Virus record (IMG/VR): IMGVR_UViG_3300020159_000429
Coordinates: 18,577-82,576 of that record
Reading direction: 5' to 3' (one strand)
DNA length: 64,000 nucleotides
DNA from: a virus
Below are positions 37,844 through 47,574 of the stretch, piece after piece; within the stretch, counting starts at the first letter, position 1, and each line of letters starts with the position of its first letter. The translations under genes were made by a program, and so were the position numbers. The notes under the pieces are model-generated. The model was not told where the DNA came from and did not search any database. It saw only the letters and a list, made by a program, of their open reading frames with translations.

Positions 37844-38408
37844 TCTCTGGATAGTCTTTGAAAAAGCTACGGGACAAATTATAAAAATGTCTCCAACTAA
37901 AATTGATAACAATTTGGATACTCGATGTTCAATCAATGTTCCGGACGAAATGCTATTTGAACTGGTTACTAATAATTCTATTGACAGATTATACACTGAT
38001 TTTAAAGCATCTTTAGATGGATATAAATTAGTTCTAAACGATAATCGTGAAACAATAGTAGATAAACATTATAATAAAGTAGTAGCAATACCGTATATAC
38101 ATCGATCACACACTATCGAAACAGATTTGAGATTAGAAATTACTAGTGTAGATAATAAGCCTGTACTAAAAGTATCTTTTGTTGGAAATCCCTTGTTACG
38201 ATCAAACAGATATAGAAATAAAGAATTAATTCATTTAACAGCTAAAAATGATATAAACAAACATTATCAATCTTTTGAAATTGATTTGACTAAAATTGAT
38301 AATGAAGTATTATTTGATATCGATCGATGCGATTACAGATTATTGTTTTCAAATCAAATTAGTTTTTATCATAGAAAAAAATTAAACACAGTTTACACAA
38401 TCACATGA
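37836..38408 (+). CDS. Hypothetical protein
   Basis: ORF overlapping both neighbours in the cassette. Confidence 0.55.
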   Translation: MNSLWIVFEKATGQIIKMSPTKIDNNLDTRCSINVPDEMLFELVTNNSIDRLYTDFKASLDGYKLVLNDNRETIVDKHYNKVVAIPYIHRSHTIETDLRLEITSVDNKPVLKVSFVGNPLLRSNRYRNKELIHLTAKNDINKHYQSFEIDLTKIDNEVLFDIDRCDYRLLFSNQISFYHRKKLNTVYTIT

Positions 38409-39322
38409 AAACATCTAACATTGACTTAATTTTTATTTCGTATGACGAGCCCAACGCAGATTTAAATTATGCTGACTTGTTAAACAAAGCACCTTGGGCT
38501 AAACGTGTACACGGAGTCAAAGGCAGCGATCAGGCACACAAGGCTGCTGCTGAACTATCTAATACTGATTGGTTTATAACAGTTGATGGGGATAATATTG
38601 TTGATGAAAAGTTTTTTAATATTGAAATAACAGAGTCTCCGGGTATTGCGGTCTATGGATGGTCTGGTGAAAACGTTGTTAATAATCTACGATATGGCAA
38701 CGGCGGATTAAAAATTTGGAACAAAGAATTTGTTCTTAATATGCGTACACACGAAGCAGCAGAAAGTAACAGAGCTCAAGTTGATTTTTGCTGGGAAGCA
38801 GGATACTTAAATCATCCAACGGTGTTTAGTAAAACAATTATTAATTCTACACCTTTCCAAGCATGGAGAGCAGGATTTCGCGAAGGCGTAAAGATGCTGC
38901 TCAAAGACGGAGTTAAAGTAGAGAATGCTCCTGTATTAAATGAAATTTATTGGCACAACATACATCGATTAAAAATTTGGTCTTGTGTAGGAGCTCATGT
39001 TGACAACGGAATATATGCCATGCTTGGTGCTAGGACAGGTAGTTATATGTCCTATTGTACGGATTGGGATTATGTACAAGTTCGAGACTTTGAACAACTA
39101 CAATTAATTTATAATGAAACAGCTAGCCCTATTGAAGGACATGCTGATAAAATTTTAGAACAACTAGATTTTTATGCGTTTGAGTTAAAAGCTGGAATAG
39201 GGTTAGAGTTAGCTACCTTTAATACATCACAAAGCAAATACATTACAGACATGTATGCTGAAACAGTAGCATTAGGACAAACTTATTACAATAAGGATCC
39301 AGTATGGAAAAGTTCTTTTTAA
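38405..39322 (+). CDS. GT-A fold glycosyltransferase-like
   Basis: FISYDEPNAD...AHKAAA...FITVDGDN (DxD)...YGNGG.K...AWRAGFREGVK. Confidence 0.65.
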   Translation: MKTSNIDLIFISYDEPNADLNYADLLNKAPWAKRVHGVKGSDQAHKAAAELSNTDWFITVDGDNIVDEKFFNIEITESPGIAVYGWSGENVVNNLRYGNGGLKIWNKEFVLNMRTHEAAESNRAQVDFCWEAGYLNHPTVFSKTIINSTPFQAWRAGFREGVKMLLKDGVKVENAPVLNEIYWHNIHRLKIWSCVGAHVDNGIYAMLGARTGSYMSYCTDWDYVQVRDFEQLQLIYNETASPIEGHADKILEQLDFYAFELKAGIGLELATFNTSQSKYITDMYAETVALGQTYYNKDPVWKSSF

Positions 39323-39984
39323 GCTACGACGATCCTAATCTTAAAGAAAACTTTTTATTTGCTAAAACAAAAATAGCAGATTTAAATTTGTTTGAGACCA
39401 CATTAAATATTGCTGATTCGCATCGTGCCTGCGGTAATCGGTCTTTGACAAATATGTTTATGGTCATTGACTCTGATGCGTTATTATTAGATAATTTTAA
39501 AATTTCTCAGGTATATAACAGCATTATTGACAAGAATAAAATGTATATTTTTTCAGCACGTAATCCTATTAATGATTTAGAGTACGGCCACGGTGCTATT
39601 AAAATATTCCAAAAGAAGTATTTTACTGATCAAGAAGTCATTGATTTTTCTACAAGTTTTTTTGGAAAGATAGAACATGTTCAATTAACATTAAATGTAC
39701 ATCGCTTTAATTCAAGTCCGTTTCATACTTGGCGTACCGCATTTAGAGAATGTGTAAAATTATCTGCTGCTACTATCAAAAATAGAAATAAGTATGATGA
39801 TGAATACAGATTATCTGTATGGTGTGAGAAAGCAAACGGTAATGATTTTTCTCAAGAATGTATAGACGGTGCTAAAGCAGGCAGAGACTATGGCACTAAA
39901 TTTAAAAATGATTTCGACATCTTAAAGCAAATCAACAACTTTGAGTTTTTAAAGGAACAACATGTTTTGGCAACAAGATCCTAA
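39304..39984 (+). CDS. GT-A fold glycosyltransferase-like, paralog of the preceding gene
   Basis: FLSYDDPN...SHRAC...MVIDSDA...YGHGAIK...TWRTAFRECVK mirrors the upstream gene. Confidence 0.62.
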   Translation: MEKFFLSYDDPNLKENFLFAKTKIADLNLFETTLNIADSHRACGNRSLTNMFMVIDSDALLLDNFKISQVYNSIIDKNKMYIFSARNPINDLEYGHGAIKIFQKKYFTDQEVIDFSTSFFGKIEHVQLTLNVHRFNSSPFHTWRTAFRECVKLSAATIKNRNKYDDEYRLSVWCEKANGNDFSQECIDGAKAGRDYGTKFKNDFDILKQINNFEFLKEQHVLATRS

Positions 39985-41359
39985 TAAAAAATATATTAAA
40001 ATAGCTAACCGATTAGATAAAACTGGAAAAGGGTTTTGTCTAGCTAAATGGTACATGGTTACTATTCATTTACATACCGGCGATAACCATAGTTGCTATC
40101 ATCCGTCTATGCACAGAGTGAGTGTTGAGGAAATAAAAGAAAATCCAGCAGCACTACACAATAGCAAATATAAAAAACAACAGCGTAAAGCAATGCTAGA
40201 AGGCGAACGACCTTCTGAGTGTAGTTATTGTTGGGCATTGGAAGATGTAAATCAAATTAGTGATCGACATTTAAGAAGTTGGGAGTTTGAAAGTACTAGA
40301 CCTAGTATCGACACTGTGACTACCCTTCCGTGGGATGCCGATGTTTATCCTCGGTACATGGAATTAAGTTTTGGATCAGAATGTCAAATGAAATGTATGT
40401 ATTGTGCTCCAACAATCAGTAGTGCGTGGGAAGCAGAAATTAAAAGACACGGAGAGTACCCTTTAGAATTTCTGCCTAATCGCAGACAGTATGCTATTAA
40501 TCCTAAAGGCCGCACTGTATACAAAGAAGATGATAATCCCTACATAGAAGCATTTTGGAAATGGTTTCCCGAATGCTATACACATTTAGATACATTACGA
40601 ATAACTGGTGGCGAGCCACTGCTTAGTACTAACTTTGTAACGATGCTTGATTATATTGAAGCAAATCCAAGACCAGATCTTAAGTTTGCCATCAATAGCA
40701 ATATGAGTGTTCCTCAGAGAAATCTAGATAAGTTTATAGAGAGAGCCAAATCACTTAAAGCAAATAAAAAAGTAAGAGAGATAATTCTATACACTAGTGT
40801 AGATACTTGGGGTGATCAAGCAGAATATATTCGCAATGGTCTAGATTTAGAACGTTGGGAGTTTAATGTTCATAGATACCTTAACGAAGTACCTGACAGT
40901 AAACTAGGGTTAATGATTACTGTAAACTTTTTAAGTATCTTTAATTTTGAAAAATTATTAGATAAAATATTAGAATTGCGAAAAAGATACAACACTCGAT
41001 TCAACAAAAGAATTCAATTTGATACACCCTACTTGCTAGAGCCGCCGCATCTAAGTTTACAAATAGCTGACAATACACATATTGCTCGTTTATACAAAGC
41101 CATTGCTTATATGAAAACTCTAGTAAAAAATTCAGATTATACAAAATTTGATAATACAGAATATTCTAAATTTGAACGAGTTGCTAAATGGGCAGAAGAT
41201 AATAGATATTCTGGAGAACTATTAACAATAATAAGAAAAGATTTTGTAACTTTTATTGATGAACATGATAAGAGAAGAGGAACGAGTTTTTTAACTACGT
41301 TCCCCGAAATGGCAACTACTGTTGCTGAATGGAATACTAGTGATTCACAAAGTCGTTAG
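39962..41359 (+). CDS. Radical SAM protein with N-terminal twitch/SPASM-like Cys cluster
   Basis: CQMKCMYC (CxxxCxxC), ITGGEP; extra CLAKW..SCYHP..CSYCW. Confidence 0.88.
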   Translation: MFWQQDPNKKYIKIANRLDKTGKGFCLAKWYMVTIHLHTGDNHSCYHPSMHRVSVEEIKENPAALHNSKYKKQQRKAMLEGERPSECSYCWALEDVNQISDRHLRSWEFESTRPSIDTVTTLPWDADVYPRYMELSFGSECQMKCMYCAPTISSAWEAEIKRHGEYPLEFLPNRRQYAINPKGRTVYKEDDNPYIEAFWKWFPECYTHLDTLRITGGEPLLSTNFVTMLDYIEANPRPDLKFAINSNMSVPQRNLDKFIERAKSLKANKKVREIILYTSVDTWGDQAEYIRNGLDLERWEFNVHRYLNEVPDSKLGLMITVNFLSIFNFEKLLDKILELRKRYNTRFNKRIQFDTPYLLEPPHLSLQIADNTHIARLYKAIAYMKTLVKNSDYTKFDNTEYSKFERVAKWAEDNRYSGELLTIIRKDFVTFIDEHDKRRGTSFLTTFPEMATTVAEWNTSDSQSR

Positions 41360-42020
41360 TAAGAGGAAATATTTCAGCAATTACTTTAGCACATGCAATA
41401 GCAACTTCTTGATGTTCGAGTTGTGTGCCATTTGCTGAACGCAATTCAATAAAATGAATCCATGAACGTAATGTACCATTCATATATAAACGACTTTCTG
41501 TGAGACCTTCGGGTAGTACAGCCCGGGCTTGTTCTTTAGCAATGCCGACATCGATGGCCCATTTATAGGTTTCTTTAACTAAATCAATAACATCCTGTTG
41601 TCGGCGATTCCATTCATGAATAAGAAATTCATCGTCTTCATCTTGTACATCAATCTCTATGCTGTTTTGTCTATTTTTAGGGTCTTGTAACCGTGCTTCT
41701 CTAAGTACAAATGACAAGTCTTTAGTAGGGTCAGCATATCGCTGACTGAATTCTTGGAAGCTGAAACTACGATGTCTAAGGATCTGTCGTGCAATATCTC
41801 TTGTGGTTGTAATTTCGCAACAGGCTGACACCATTTCGAGTGGACTCCAGTGTTGGTGTTTGACCAAGTATCGGATGAGTTTTTCTGATGTGTCTGTGTT
41901 GAGTTGGTTGGAAGGGTTGGACACACGGGCGCAATACGCAATGAGTTCCTGTGCATCGTCGATGCCCATATCTCTATATTCACCTGTTGGTTGGGAATAT
42001 GATAAAAGTTTAACATTCAT
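41337..42020 (-). CDS. thyX: FAD-dependent thymidylate synthase
   Basis: ThyX motif RHRSFSFQEFSQRY; HWSPLE; EQARAVLP. Confidence 0.97.
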   Translation of the reverse strand: MNVKLLSYSQPTGEYRDMGIDDAQELIAYCARVSNPSNQLNTDTSEKLIRYLVKHQHWSPLEMVSACCEITTTRDIARQILRHRSFSFQEFSQRYADPTKDLSFVLREARLQDPKNRQNSIEIDVQDEDDEFLIHEWNRRQQDVIDLVKETYKWAIDVGIAKEQARAVLPEGLTESRLYMNGTLRSWIHFIELRSANGTQLEHQEVAIACAKVIAEIFPLTNDFVNH

Positions 42021-42331
42021 TGGTTACCTAATATATTTTTAGTTAATTTTATAATATCTTGTTTAAGTTTGTCAATATCAACTTGAAAGTTAACAGTGGC
42101 AATCTCATCTTGAAAATCTCTGATGCTTAACGCAAGTCGTTCGATGATGTCGTCCTCGTCAACTAAGTCTAGCTGATCCGGGAGATCAATTTCCCAAACT
42201 CTACCGTCATGAAAGGTTAGCTCAACACCGTGAATATACTTAATGGGCATCGAGCTCATGTATATCTCGTTGAATACTTCAGGCCATTCTTTTATAACAT
42301 CTTTTGGTGGCTTGAAGTATTTTTTAGGCAC
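42017..42331 (-). CDS. Hypothetical protein
   Basis: ORF coupled to neighbours. Confidence 0.65.
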   Translation of the reverse strand: MPKKYFKPPKDVIKEWPEVFNEIYMSSMPIKYIHGVELTFHDGRVWEIDLPDQLDLVDEDDIIERLALSIRDFQDEIATVNFQVDIDKLKQDIIKLTKNILGNQ

Positions 42332-42932
42332 TAGCTTCTTCTGATACCTTTGTTGTCTTTTTCTTAGGCGGATCTAGCAAATCGGCTTCTTTACGTAATC
42401 TAGCAGCTTCTTTATACATAGCATCTGCTTGACTGCGATATGATTTAGCAAGATCAGTATCACTTAATACTTCGTTTGATGTTGCTGTTACCGGATCGGA
42501 TAAATCAGTAACTTTAGCAATGTCCTTAACTTCAGATTTGCTGCCACTTGACAACGCAAGGTCTTCAACTTTAACACCACGCTGTTCGGCAATAAGTTTA
42601 TTCAACTCATCTAACCCAATGACGTAATTTGGTGTAGGTGTTATTTCGACATCTTTAGTAGGCACTCGAACTAAATTTCTATTCTGGTGCAATACTGCTA
42701 GCATTGGTTTACCATCAGGGAAATACCGTGTACCGAGAATCTCGCCAAACTCGAATGAATCTTGTGCTTGCGGACTTTCAACTAGATCGATAATAGCGTT
42801 ATGATAACTATCATTTAATCCTGCTGTACCAACTACTAGACAATGCTCTGGATCATTTGGAAGCGTTTTAAAAACTACAAGAAGTTTATTCTTATTAGTT
42901 TTCATACGCCCCACATGTTTAATATTAGCCAT
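42324..42932 (-). CDS. Hypothetical protein with C-terminal coiled coil
   Basis: 202-aa ORF in the co-oriented array. Confidence 0.7.
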   Translation of the reverse strand: MANIKHVGRMKTNKNKLLVVFKTLPNDPEHCLVVGTAGLNDSYHNAIIDLVESPQAQDSFEFGEILGTRYFPDGKPMLAVLHQNRNLVRVPTKDVEITPTPNYVIGLDELNKLIAEQRGVKVEDLALSSGSKSEVKDIAKVTDLSDPVTATSNEVLSDTDLAKSYRSQADAMYKEAARLRKEADLLDPPKKKTTKVSEEASA

Positions 42933-43155
42933 TTTCTTTTTGTCCCTCTTGTTTAGGTGTTACACTTTCAAGGAATGTTGCTAGTCTATTATAGATCTTA
43001 CCAACGGATTCCATTTCTGCTGCCTTAAACGCACCACGTTGTGTAGCAACATCAACGATAGTGCGTAACGCACCGAGGTCGTTAATGGTTAACTCGGGTG
43101 ATTTAGTTTCTGGTGCTGCTTGTTGAGTCTGTTCTGCTTTCATTTCTTCTGCCAT
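42925..43155 (-). CDS. Hypothetical protein
   Basis: Strong SD AGGAG upstream. Confidence 0.7.
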   Translation of the reverse strand: MAEEMKAEQTQQAAPETKSPELTINDLGALRTIVDVATQRGAFKAAEMESVGKIYNRLATFLESVTPKQEGQKENG

Positions 43156-43404
43156 TTATATTCTCCTAAAATGCGGGCAAGCTAACATAAAAAACGTTAG
43201 TTCTTTATCATCTTCAAAACCTAAAAGAGCAGTATGACTATCCGAACTAGGAATTAGAAAATACCGTCCCTTCAATTTATATTTTATCCAGTCTTCGAGA
43301 TCTGTATTGTAAAACTGGTGCGTTACCTTGATCTTAGCAAAATGCGGCGGAATCCAAGACACCGAACGTTTCTTTAACACATCCAAAGGATTTAAATTCA
43401 TCAT
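43156..43404 (-). CDS. Hypothetical protein
   Basis: Preceded by a GTAAATA late-like motif (43407-43413). Confidence 0.6.
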   Translation of the reverse strand: MMNLNPLDVLKKRSVSWIPPHFAKIKVTHQFYNTDLEDWIKYKLKGRYFLIPSSDSHTALLGFEDDKELTFFMLACPHFRRI

Positions 43405-43434
43405 AGTATTTACGGTAACAGTGATTTGTGAAGT

Positions 43435-43824
43435 TTATTCTTGGCTCATACGTTTGCTGAGTGCTTTACCATATCCAAATTTTCTTATATCACCTGAAAA
43501 TAGATAAAGTTCAAACGCTGCTTTTTCGGTTATGACTGTAATATCTTTCTTAGTAATATAATACGGACTTTCGATAAAGTTGTCAAGCCATATTAGTATT
43601 TGTGGAGTTATTGTGATTTCTTTTGGAAATTTGATAGTGTATGTTTTTAGTTTGGCATAGTCGCTGATATAATCTATACCTTCTTCAGTTAATCGAAGTC
43701 CGCCTGAGTCTTTACTTCGATTATTCCACCACCAAACACTTTTTTTAGATTTTATAATGTCGTCTGTTACAAGTTCTTCAGTGGCTTTTAGAAGTAGTCT
43801 TGTATAAACATCTTTGGTTTTCAT
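43435..43824 (-). CDS. Hypothetical protein
   Basis: ATGA coupling to the upstream gene. Confidence 0.65.
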   Translation of the reverse strand: MKTKDVYTRLLLKATEELVTDDIIKSKKSVWWWNNRSKDSGGLRLTEEGIDYISDYAKLKTYTIKFPKEITITPQILIWLDNFIESPYYITKKDITVITEKAAFELYLFSGDIRKFGYGKALSKRMSQE

Positions 43825-44114
43825 TTTGGTGACTTAATAATTTCGCCTTGTGTCAGTTTGACAACTTCGAAGTCAGTAGTCTTAAATAATTTGTTTAACT
43901 TTTTAGCTAAATTGTATGCGTGGCCTGGATTACTAAATGATACTTTTTTGTATTTAGGCCCGGGATAACTTGAAATCAAACTGCCGCTCTTAAGATTGAA
44001 TGGTTGCCCTTTATAAAAAACTGCCCAAATGGCATCAGACTCTAAAATCTGTTCCACTTTAAAGTTTTCTTTATTGGCGTATTCTAGCAATACTTTAGGT
44101 TTCGGTCTACTCAT
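43821..44114 (-). CDS. Conserved-looking basic phage protein
   Basis: MSRPKPKVLL...GPKYKKVSFSNPGHA; preceded by ATAAATA at 44142-44148. Confidence 0.65.
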   Translation of the reverse strand: MSRPKPKVLLEYANKENFKVEQILESDAIWAVFYKGQPFNLKSGSLISSYPGPKYKKVSFSNPGHAYNLAKKLNKLFKTTDFEVVKLTQGEIIKSPK

Positions 44115-44152
44115 GAAATTCTCTATTATAATACACGCATATATTTATGCCA

Positions 44153-44401
44153 CTAGAACGTTCCCCCATCCATCTGTACTGAAATTTGTTGTTGTTCGCC
44201 AGTCAATTTATCCAATCTACTATGGATTTCTGATATTTGTTTACCTAACTTTGTGGTCATTAGGCTAAGATCTGTTGTTAGTTCACGAGCTTCTTGAATT
44301 GTTAATCTAATCTCTTTTTGATTGGTTTTTTCAGCGGCAACGACCCTTTGGAGCAGTCTTTCAACACTTGGCAATTGAATTGATGTTTTATCTTGAGACA
44401 T
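44153..44401 (-). CDS. Hypothetical coiled-coil protein
   Basis: ORF in the array. Confidence 0.6.
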   Translation of the reverse strand: MSQDKTSIQLPSVERLLQRVVAAEKTNQKEIRLTIQEARELTTDLSLMTTKLGKQISEIHSRLDKLTGEQQQISVQMDGGTF

Positions 44402-44864
44402 TTGATAACCTTTGACGCATTTCTAATTCGGTCTTAAACGGGCCTTGATATTCATATCGTTCTAATGTAATTTTTTTAGGACAAAAACTTTTTACCCAAC
44501 CTTTGTCAAATTTAATTACATAATATCCTGCACAATACAAACTCTTTGAATCTTCGCTTTTAGTAAACAGCGGAAGTTTCTTTTGAATATCGTACATGGC
44601 GTTATGCGGCTCGGCGCTCGTAGGATAACCGTGAACTTCTAATGGATTAGCATTATCGGCTTCCTTAACAATTTTTACAATGAAAAAATCTTTACCAAAT
44701 TGATCAGTTAGGCTTTTTCGTGTGTCATAAATTCTAACACCTTTTTCATTGCTCATTATAAATTTATTATCTTCGTTTTTTCGAAGTGTAGCAAATTTGG
44801 TTCCGTCTTTTTCAACAATCCAAAATTTATTGTCAATAATTGGTTTAGCATGTAAGTCTGTCAT
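44388..44864 (-). CDS. Hypothetical protein
   Basis: ATGA coupling with the RNase H gene. Confidence 0.65.
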   Translation of the reverse strand: MTDLHAKPIIDNKFWIVEKDGTKFATLRKNEDNKFIMSNEKGVRIYDTRKSLTDQFGKDFFIVKIVKEADNANPLEVHGYPTSAEPHNAMYDIQKKLPLFTKSEDSKSLYCAGYYVIKFDKGWVKSFCPKKITLERYEYQGPFKTELEMRQRLSNVSR

Positions 44865-45847
44865 GGTGTATATCTCGCATTTAATGGTTCGGCATAGCTT
44901 TGTGCTTGATCAGAAATTTTCTTTAGATCATATAAGTTACAAAATTTTATTAATCTAATGCCAACTTGATCAATACGTTTATTTGCTGTAATGGCAGTAG
45001 AAATTGTTTCGTTAATAATAGTTCGAATATCTTCAGGTTGTTGAGTAAGATCGATCAGCTGACGATTGCGTTCATAATCTTCTAAGACACGATGTTCTTG
45101 TCCTTCGTGGTCAGTCCATCTCTGAAGCATGAGATTGTTCCACGAATATCCTTTGCTTTTACGATCTTCGAACGCTTCACTAAGACCCACTTTTTTGCTT
45201 GTGCCTTTAGTACGTACACCCGGATACGCTGAGAAGACATTATCACTGGTATCACCACGCATACATTTTTCAAACAAGAGCCATTCTGGGTCAGGTGCTG
45301 ATTTTGGCTCTTGCGTTTTCTTGTCAATGATTGGTTTGCCTTTGTCATCAAAATACCCTTCGTGAGTTATAGTACACTCTTGAACACCGTTATACTGTTT
45401 CACGTTAGGCGCAATCAGTTGTACAAAGTCAGTGTCTGTGGAAATAATTACGTGATTGTCGTTTGGATGTGCTTGAATAAATCCAGCAATTAAATCATCT
45501 GCTTCTAACTGCGGATTTTGTAGTACTGTACAATTAGTTTTTTCTGTAACGAAATCTTTAAATGTATCAAACGCTTCCCAGAACAATTTATCTTCTTCTT
45601 GCTCGCTGGCAGTTAATGCAGCACGAGCATCGGCTCTATTGCGTTTGTATGGTGCGTAGTAGTCCTTACGCCACGAGCGACCTTCTAAACAGAAGATAAC
45701 GTGTTTCCCATCAAAGTCTTTCCATGCTTTTTTAATGCTGTTAAGAGTAATGTGAAAAGCCATGCCTAACTTAATGTCAGCATCGCCTCGAATAACGTGT
45801 CTAGCACGAAAGAATGTGTTAGCAGTATCAACTAAAATATATGTCAT
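44861..45847 (-). CDS. rnh: T4-like RNase H / 5'-3' flap exonuclease
   Basis: ILVD..N, SWRK..Y..YK.NR, EADD.IA, ISTDTDFVQL, GD.SDNV motifs. Confidence 0.92.
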   Translation of the reverse strand: MTYILVDTANTFFRARHVIRGDADIKLGMAFHITLNSIKKAWKDFDGKHVIFCLEGRSWRKDYYAPYKRNRADARAALTASEQEEDKLFWEAFDTFKDFVTEKTNCTVLQNPQLEADDLIAGFIQAHPNDNHVIISTDTDFVQLIAPNVKQYNGVQECTITHEGYFDDKGKPIIDKKTQEPKSAPDPEWLLFEKCMRGDTSDNVFSAYPGVRTKGTSKKVGLSEAFEDRKSKGYSWNNLMLQRWTDHEGQEHRVLEDYERNRQLIDLTQQPEDIRTIINETISTAITANKRIDQVGIRLIKFCNLYDLKKISDQAQSYAEPLNARYTP

Positions 45848-46284
45848 GAAACTTCGCTTTTGCCTTTTGCTATCGGTACTACATTAATATATCCCGCCGG
45901 TCTGTTAGTATCGAGACCTTCGTCAGTTAACATCTGTCGAACAATGTCTCTAAACCAGCGATCAACGATCTCTTCTTCTGGATCACCTTCAAATCCAAAA
46001 CCCTCTTGTCTTAATTTTAACACAAAAAGTTCATTCCAGTCAAGTTCAAAGAAACCGTTACGAATATTTTCTTTATTCACATGAGTTTCAAGTACACTAA
46101 CCCACGGCTCACCTTTGGCGGTGGCCCGTTCTTTTGGAGTCATCTTAGCCTGTGCTTCTTCTTCTTGGGCTTTAACTGTTTCGGCTACTGCTTTGTCTCT
46201 GGCTATTTGTAATGCTTCTTTTTCGGCTTGCAGTTTGTCAATACCAAATAACTTTTTAATAATTTGTTTCATTAAGTTCCCCAC
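45844..46284 (-). CDS. Hypothetical protein
   Basis: ORF between queE and rnh; probable start at MKQII. Confidence 0.65.
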   Translation of the reverse strand: MGNLMKQIIKKLFGIDKLQAEKEALQIARDKAVAETVKAQEEEAQAKMTPKERATAKGEPWVSVLETHVNKENIRNGFFELDWNELFVLKLRQEGFGFEGDPEEEIVDRWFRDIVRQMLTDEGLDTNRPAGYINVVPIAKGKSEVS

Positions 46285-47135
46285 TCATTTTTAAATAACG
46301 GCACTTGTAAACGATCGCTGTAGCGCAAGCCATTCTTCATAGCTAAGTCTGCTACTGTGCGATTGTTCAATGCGTAAACACTTTCAACACCGCCTACTGG
46401 CATTAGATAAACATGGCCTTTGAATCCTGCCGCACGATAAGCAGCAATGGCACATTCTGCGTCAGCAAAGTCTTGTTCTGTAGCAATTACAAATTTCAAA
46501 TACGCTGTACCAAAATTTTCGTATTCACAAACTACTTCTGGAAGAATAGCTTCTTCCCACTTCTCGCCTGAACATGGAAGTTTAGCACTCACACTAAATG
46601 TAACTTCTCTAGCAAACTCCATATTAGGCATTTGCCATTCGATTAAAAATTCTTTAAAATCTTCTGTTAGTTTTTGAGTACCATTTGTTTCAAATGTAAT
46701 CTCTTTCAAGCCTGCCATTTTAGGATGACGCAACAAATCTGGATAAGCACGTTGCCAACCAAGCAATGGCTCGCCACCTGTAATTACAAGGTGTTCGTCT
46801 TTCCACTCTCTATGCGGAATAATTTCCGTGATTCTGTCGGCGATTGCGTCTGAAGTGAGCATTGGACTAAGATCTTTAAAAGCAGGATGCCAGCTAGCGT
46901 AACTATCACAGCCCGTAGAAACCAAAGGAAGTTCTTCATATTTTTGAAACGATTCAATGTTTGCGTGTGTATATGCGATATCGTCAGCTTCTTTGCTTAG
47001 TTCGCCTCTAGGCATACCAAAGCCAGCACATTTAAAGTTACAACCAAATGTACGTAGAAACACAGAAGGAACACCCATGTAGCGACCTTCACCTTGTATG
47101 CTGTAAAACAGCTCTGCAATTTTAATTTTGCTCAT
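46272..47135 (-). CDS. queE: 7-carboxy-7-deazaguanine synthase (radical SAM)
   Basis: ELFYSIQGEG...PSVFLRTFGCNFKC...CDS, VITGGEP, ETNGT, VYLMP, RLQV motifs. Confidence 0.93.
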   Translation of the reverse strand: MSKIKIAELFYSIQGEGRYMGVPSVFLRTFGCNFKCAGFGMPRGELSKEADDIAYTHANIESFQKYEELPLVSTGCDSYASWHPAFKDLSPMLTSDAIADRITEIIPHREWKDEHLVITGGEPLLGWQRAYPDLLRHPKMAGLKEITFETNGTQKLTEDFKEFLIEWQMPNMEFAREVTFSVSAKLPCSGEKWEEAILPEVVCEYENFGTAYLKFVIATEQDFADAECAIAAYRAAGFKGHVYLMPVGGVESVYALNNRTVADLAMKNGLRYSDRLQVPLFKNEWGT

Positions 47136-47400
47136 AGATGTTTGACCATTGTTTTAATTTTTCTTTTTTAGCTTCGGCAGCTTTTTCAATATTAGTCCAA
47201 GACACGATATCCATGTCTTGTAATATTTCAATCATTGCGTATAAATCACCGAGTTCTTCTTCTAGATGTTCTCTATTAGTTTTAGGTTTCCCTGGCTTAT
47301 AATTGTCTAAGCCAAAACGGCTAATTTTACTTACTGCTTGGATTACCTCTGCACATTCTTCTTGTAGAATGTCCATTGCTTCTTTTGTTTGATTGTTCAT
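47122..47400 (-). CDS. MazG-like NTP pyrophosphohydrolase (single domain)
   Basis: EECAEV...EEELGDL (ExxE...ExxD). Confidence 0.85.
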   Translation of the reverse strand: MNNQTKEAMDILQEECAEVIQAVSKISRFGLDNYKPGKPKTNREHLEEELGDLYAMIEILQDMDIVSWTNIEKAAEAKKEKLKQWSNIYEQN

Positions 47401-47405
47401 ACTAT

Positions 47406-47435
47406 ATTATACACTATCTTTACTATCAGTGTCAA
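47406..47435 (-). promoter_or_regulatory. Sigma70-type promoter for mazG-queE
   Basis: TTGACA-N18-TATAAT on the minus strand, 5 nt before the MazG ATG. Confidence 0.7.
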
Positions 47436-47574
47436 CCTTTTTAGATATTGTCCAAGACCCGTCTTTATTATCAGTCCAAACTAACACATCACCTTCTTTC
47501 CAACCGTTTGCTGATAACACTTCTTCCGGTAACGTTAGCATACCGTCATCGTCAACTGTTAAAACCCATTTCAT
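47407..47574 (-). CDS. AbrB/MazE-like swapped-hairpin small protein
   Basis: LTLPEEVLSANGWKEGDVLVW pattern. Confidence 0.65.
   Translation of the reverse strand: MKWVLTVDDDGMLTLPEEVLSANGWKEGDVLVWTDNKDGSWTISKKVDTDSKDSV

Noticed and set aside
41657-42016. 119-aa alternative-frame ORF within thyX, and similar ones in rnh, folE and the GT
   Set aside because: Off-frame overlaps of well-supported genes without independent signals.
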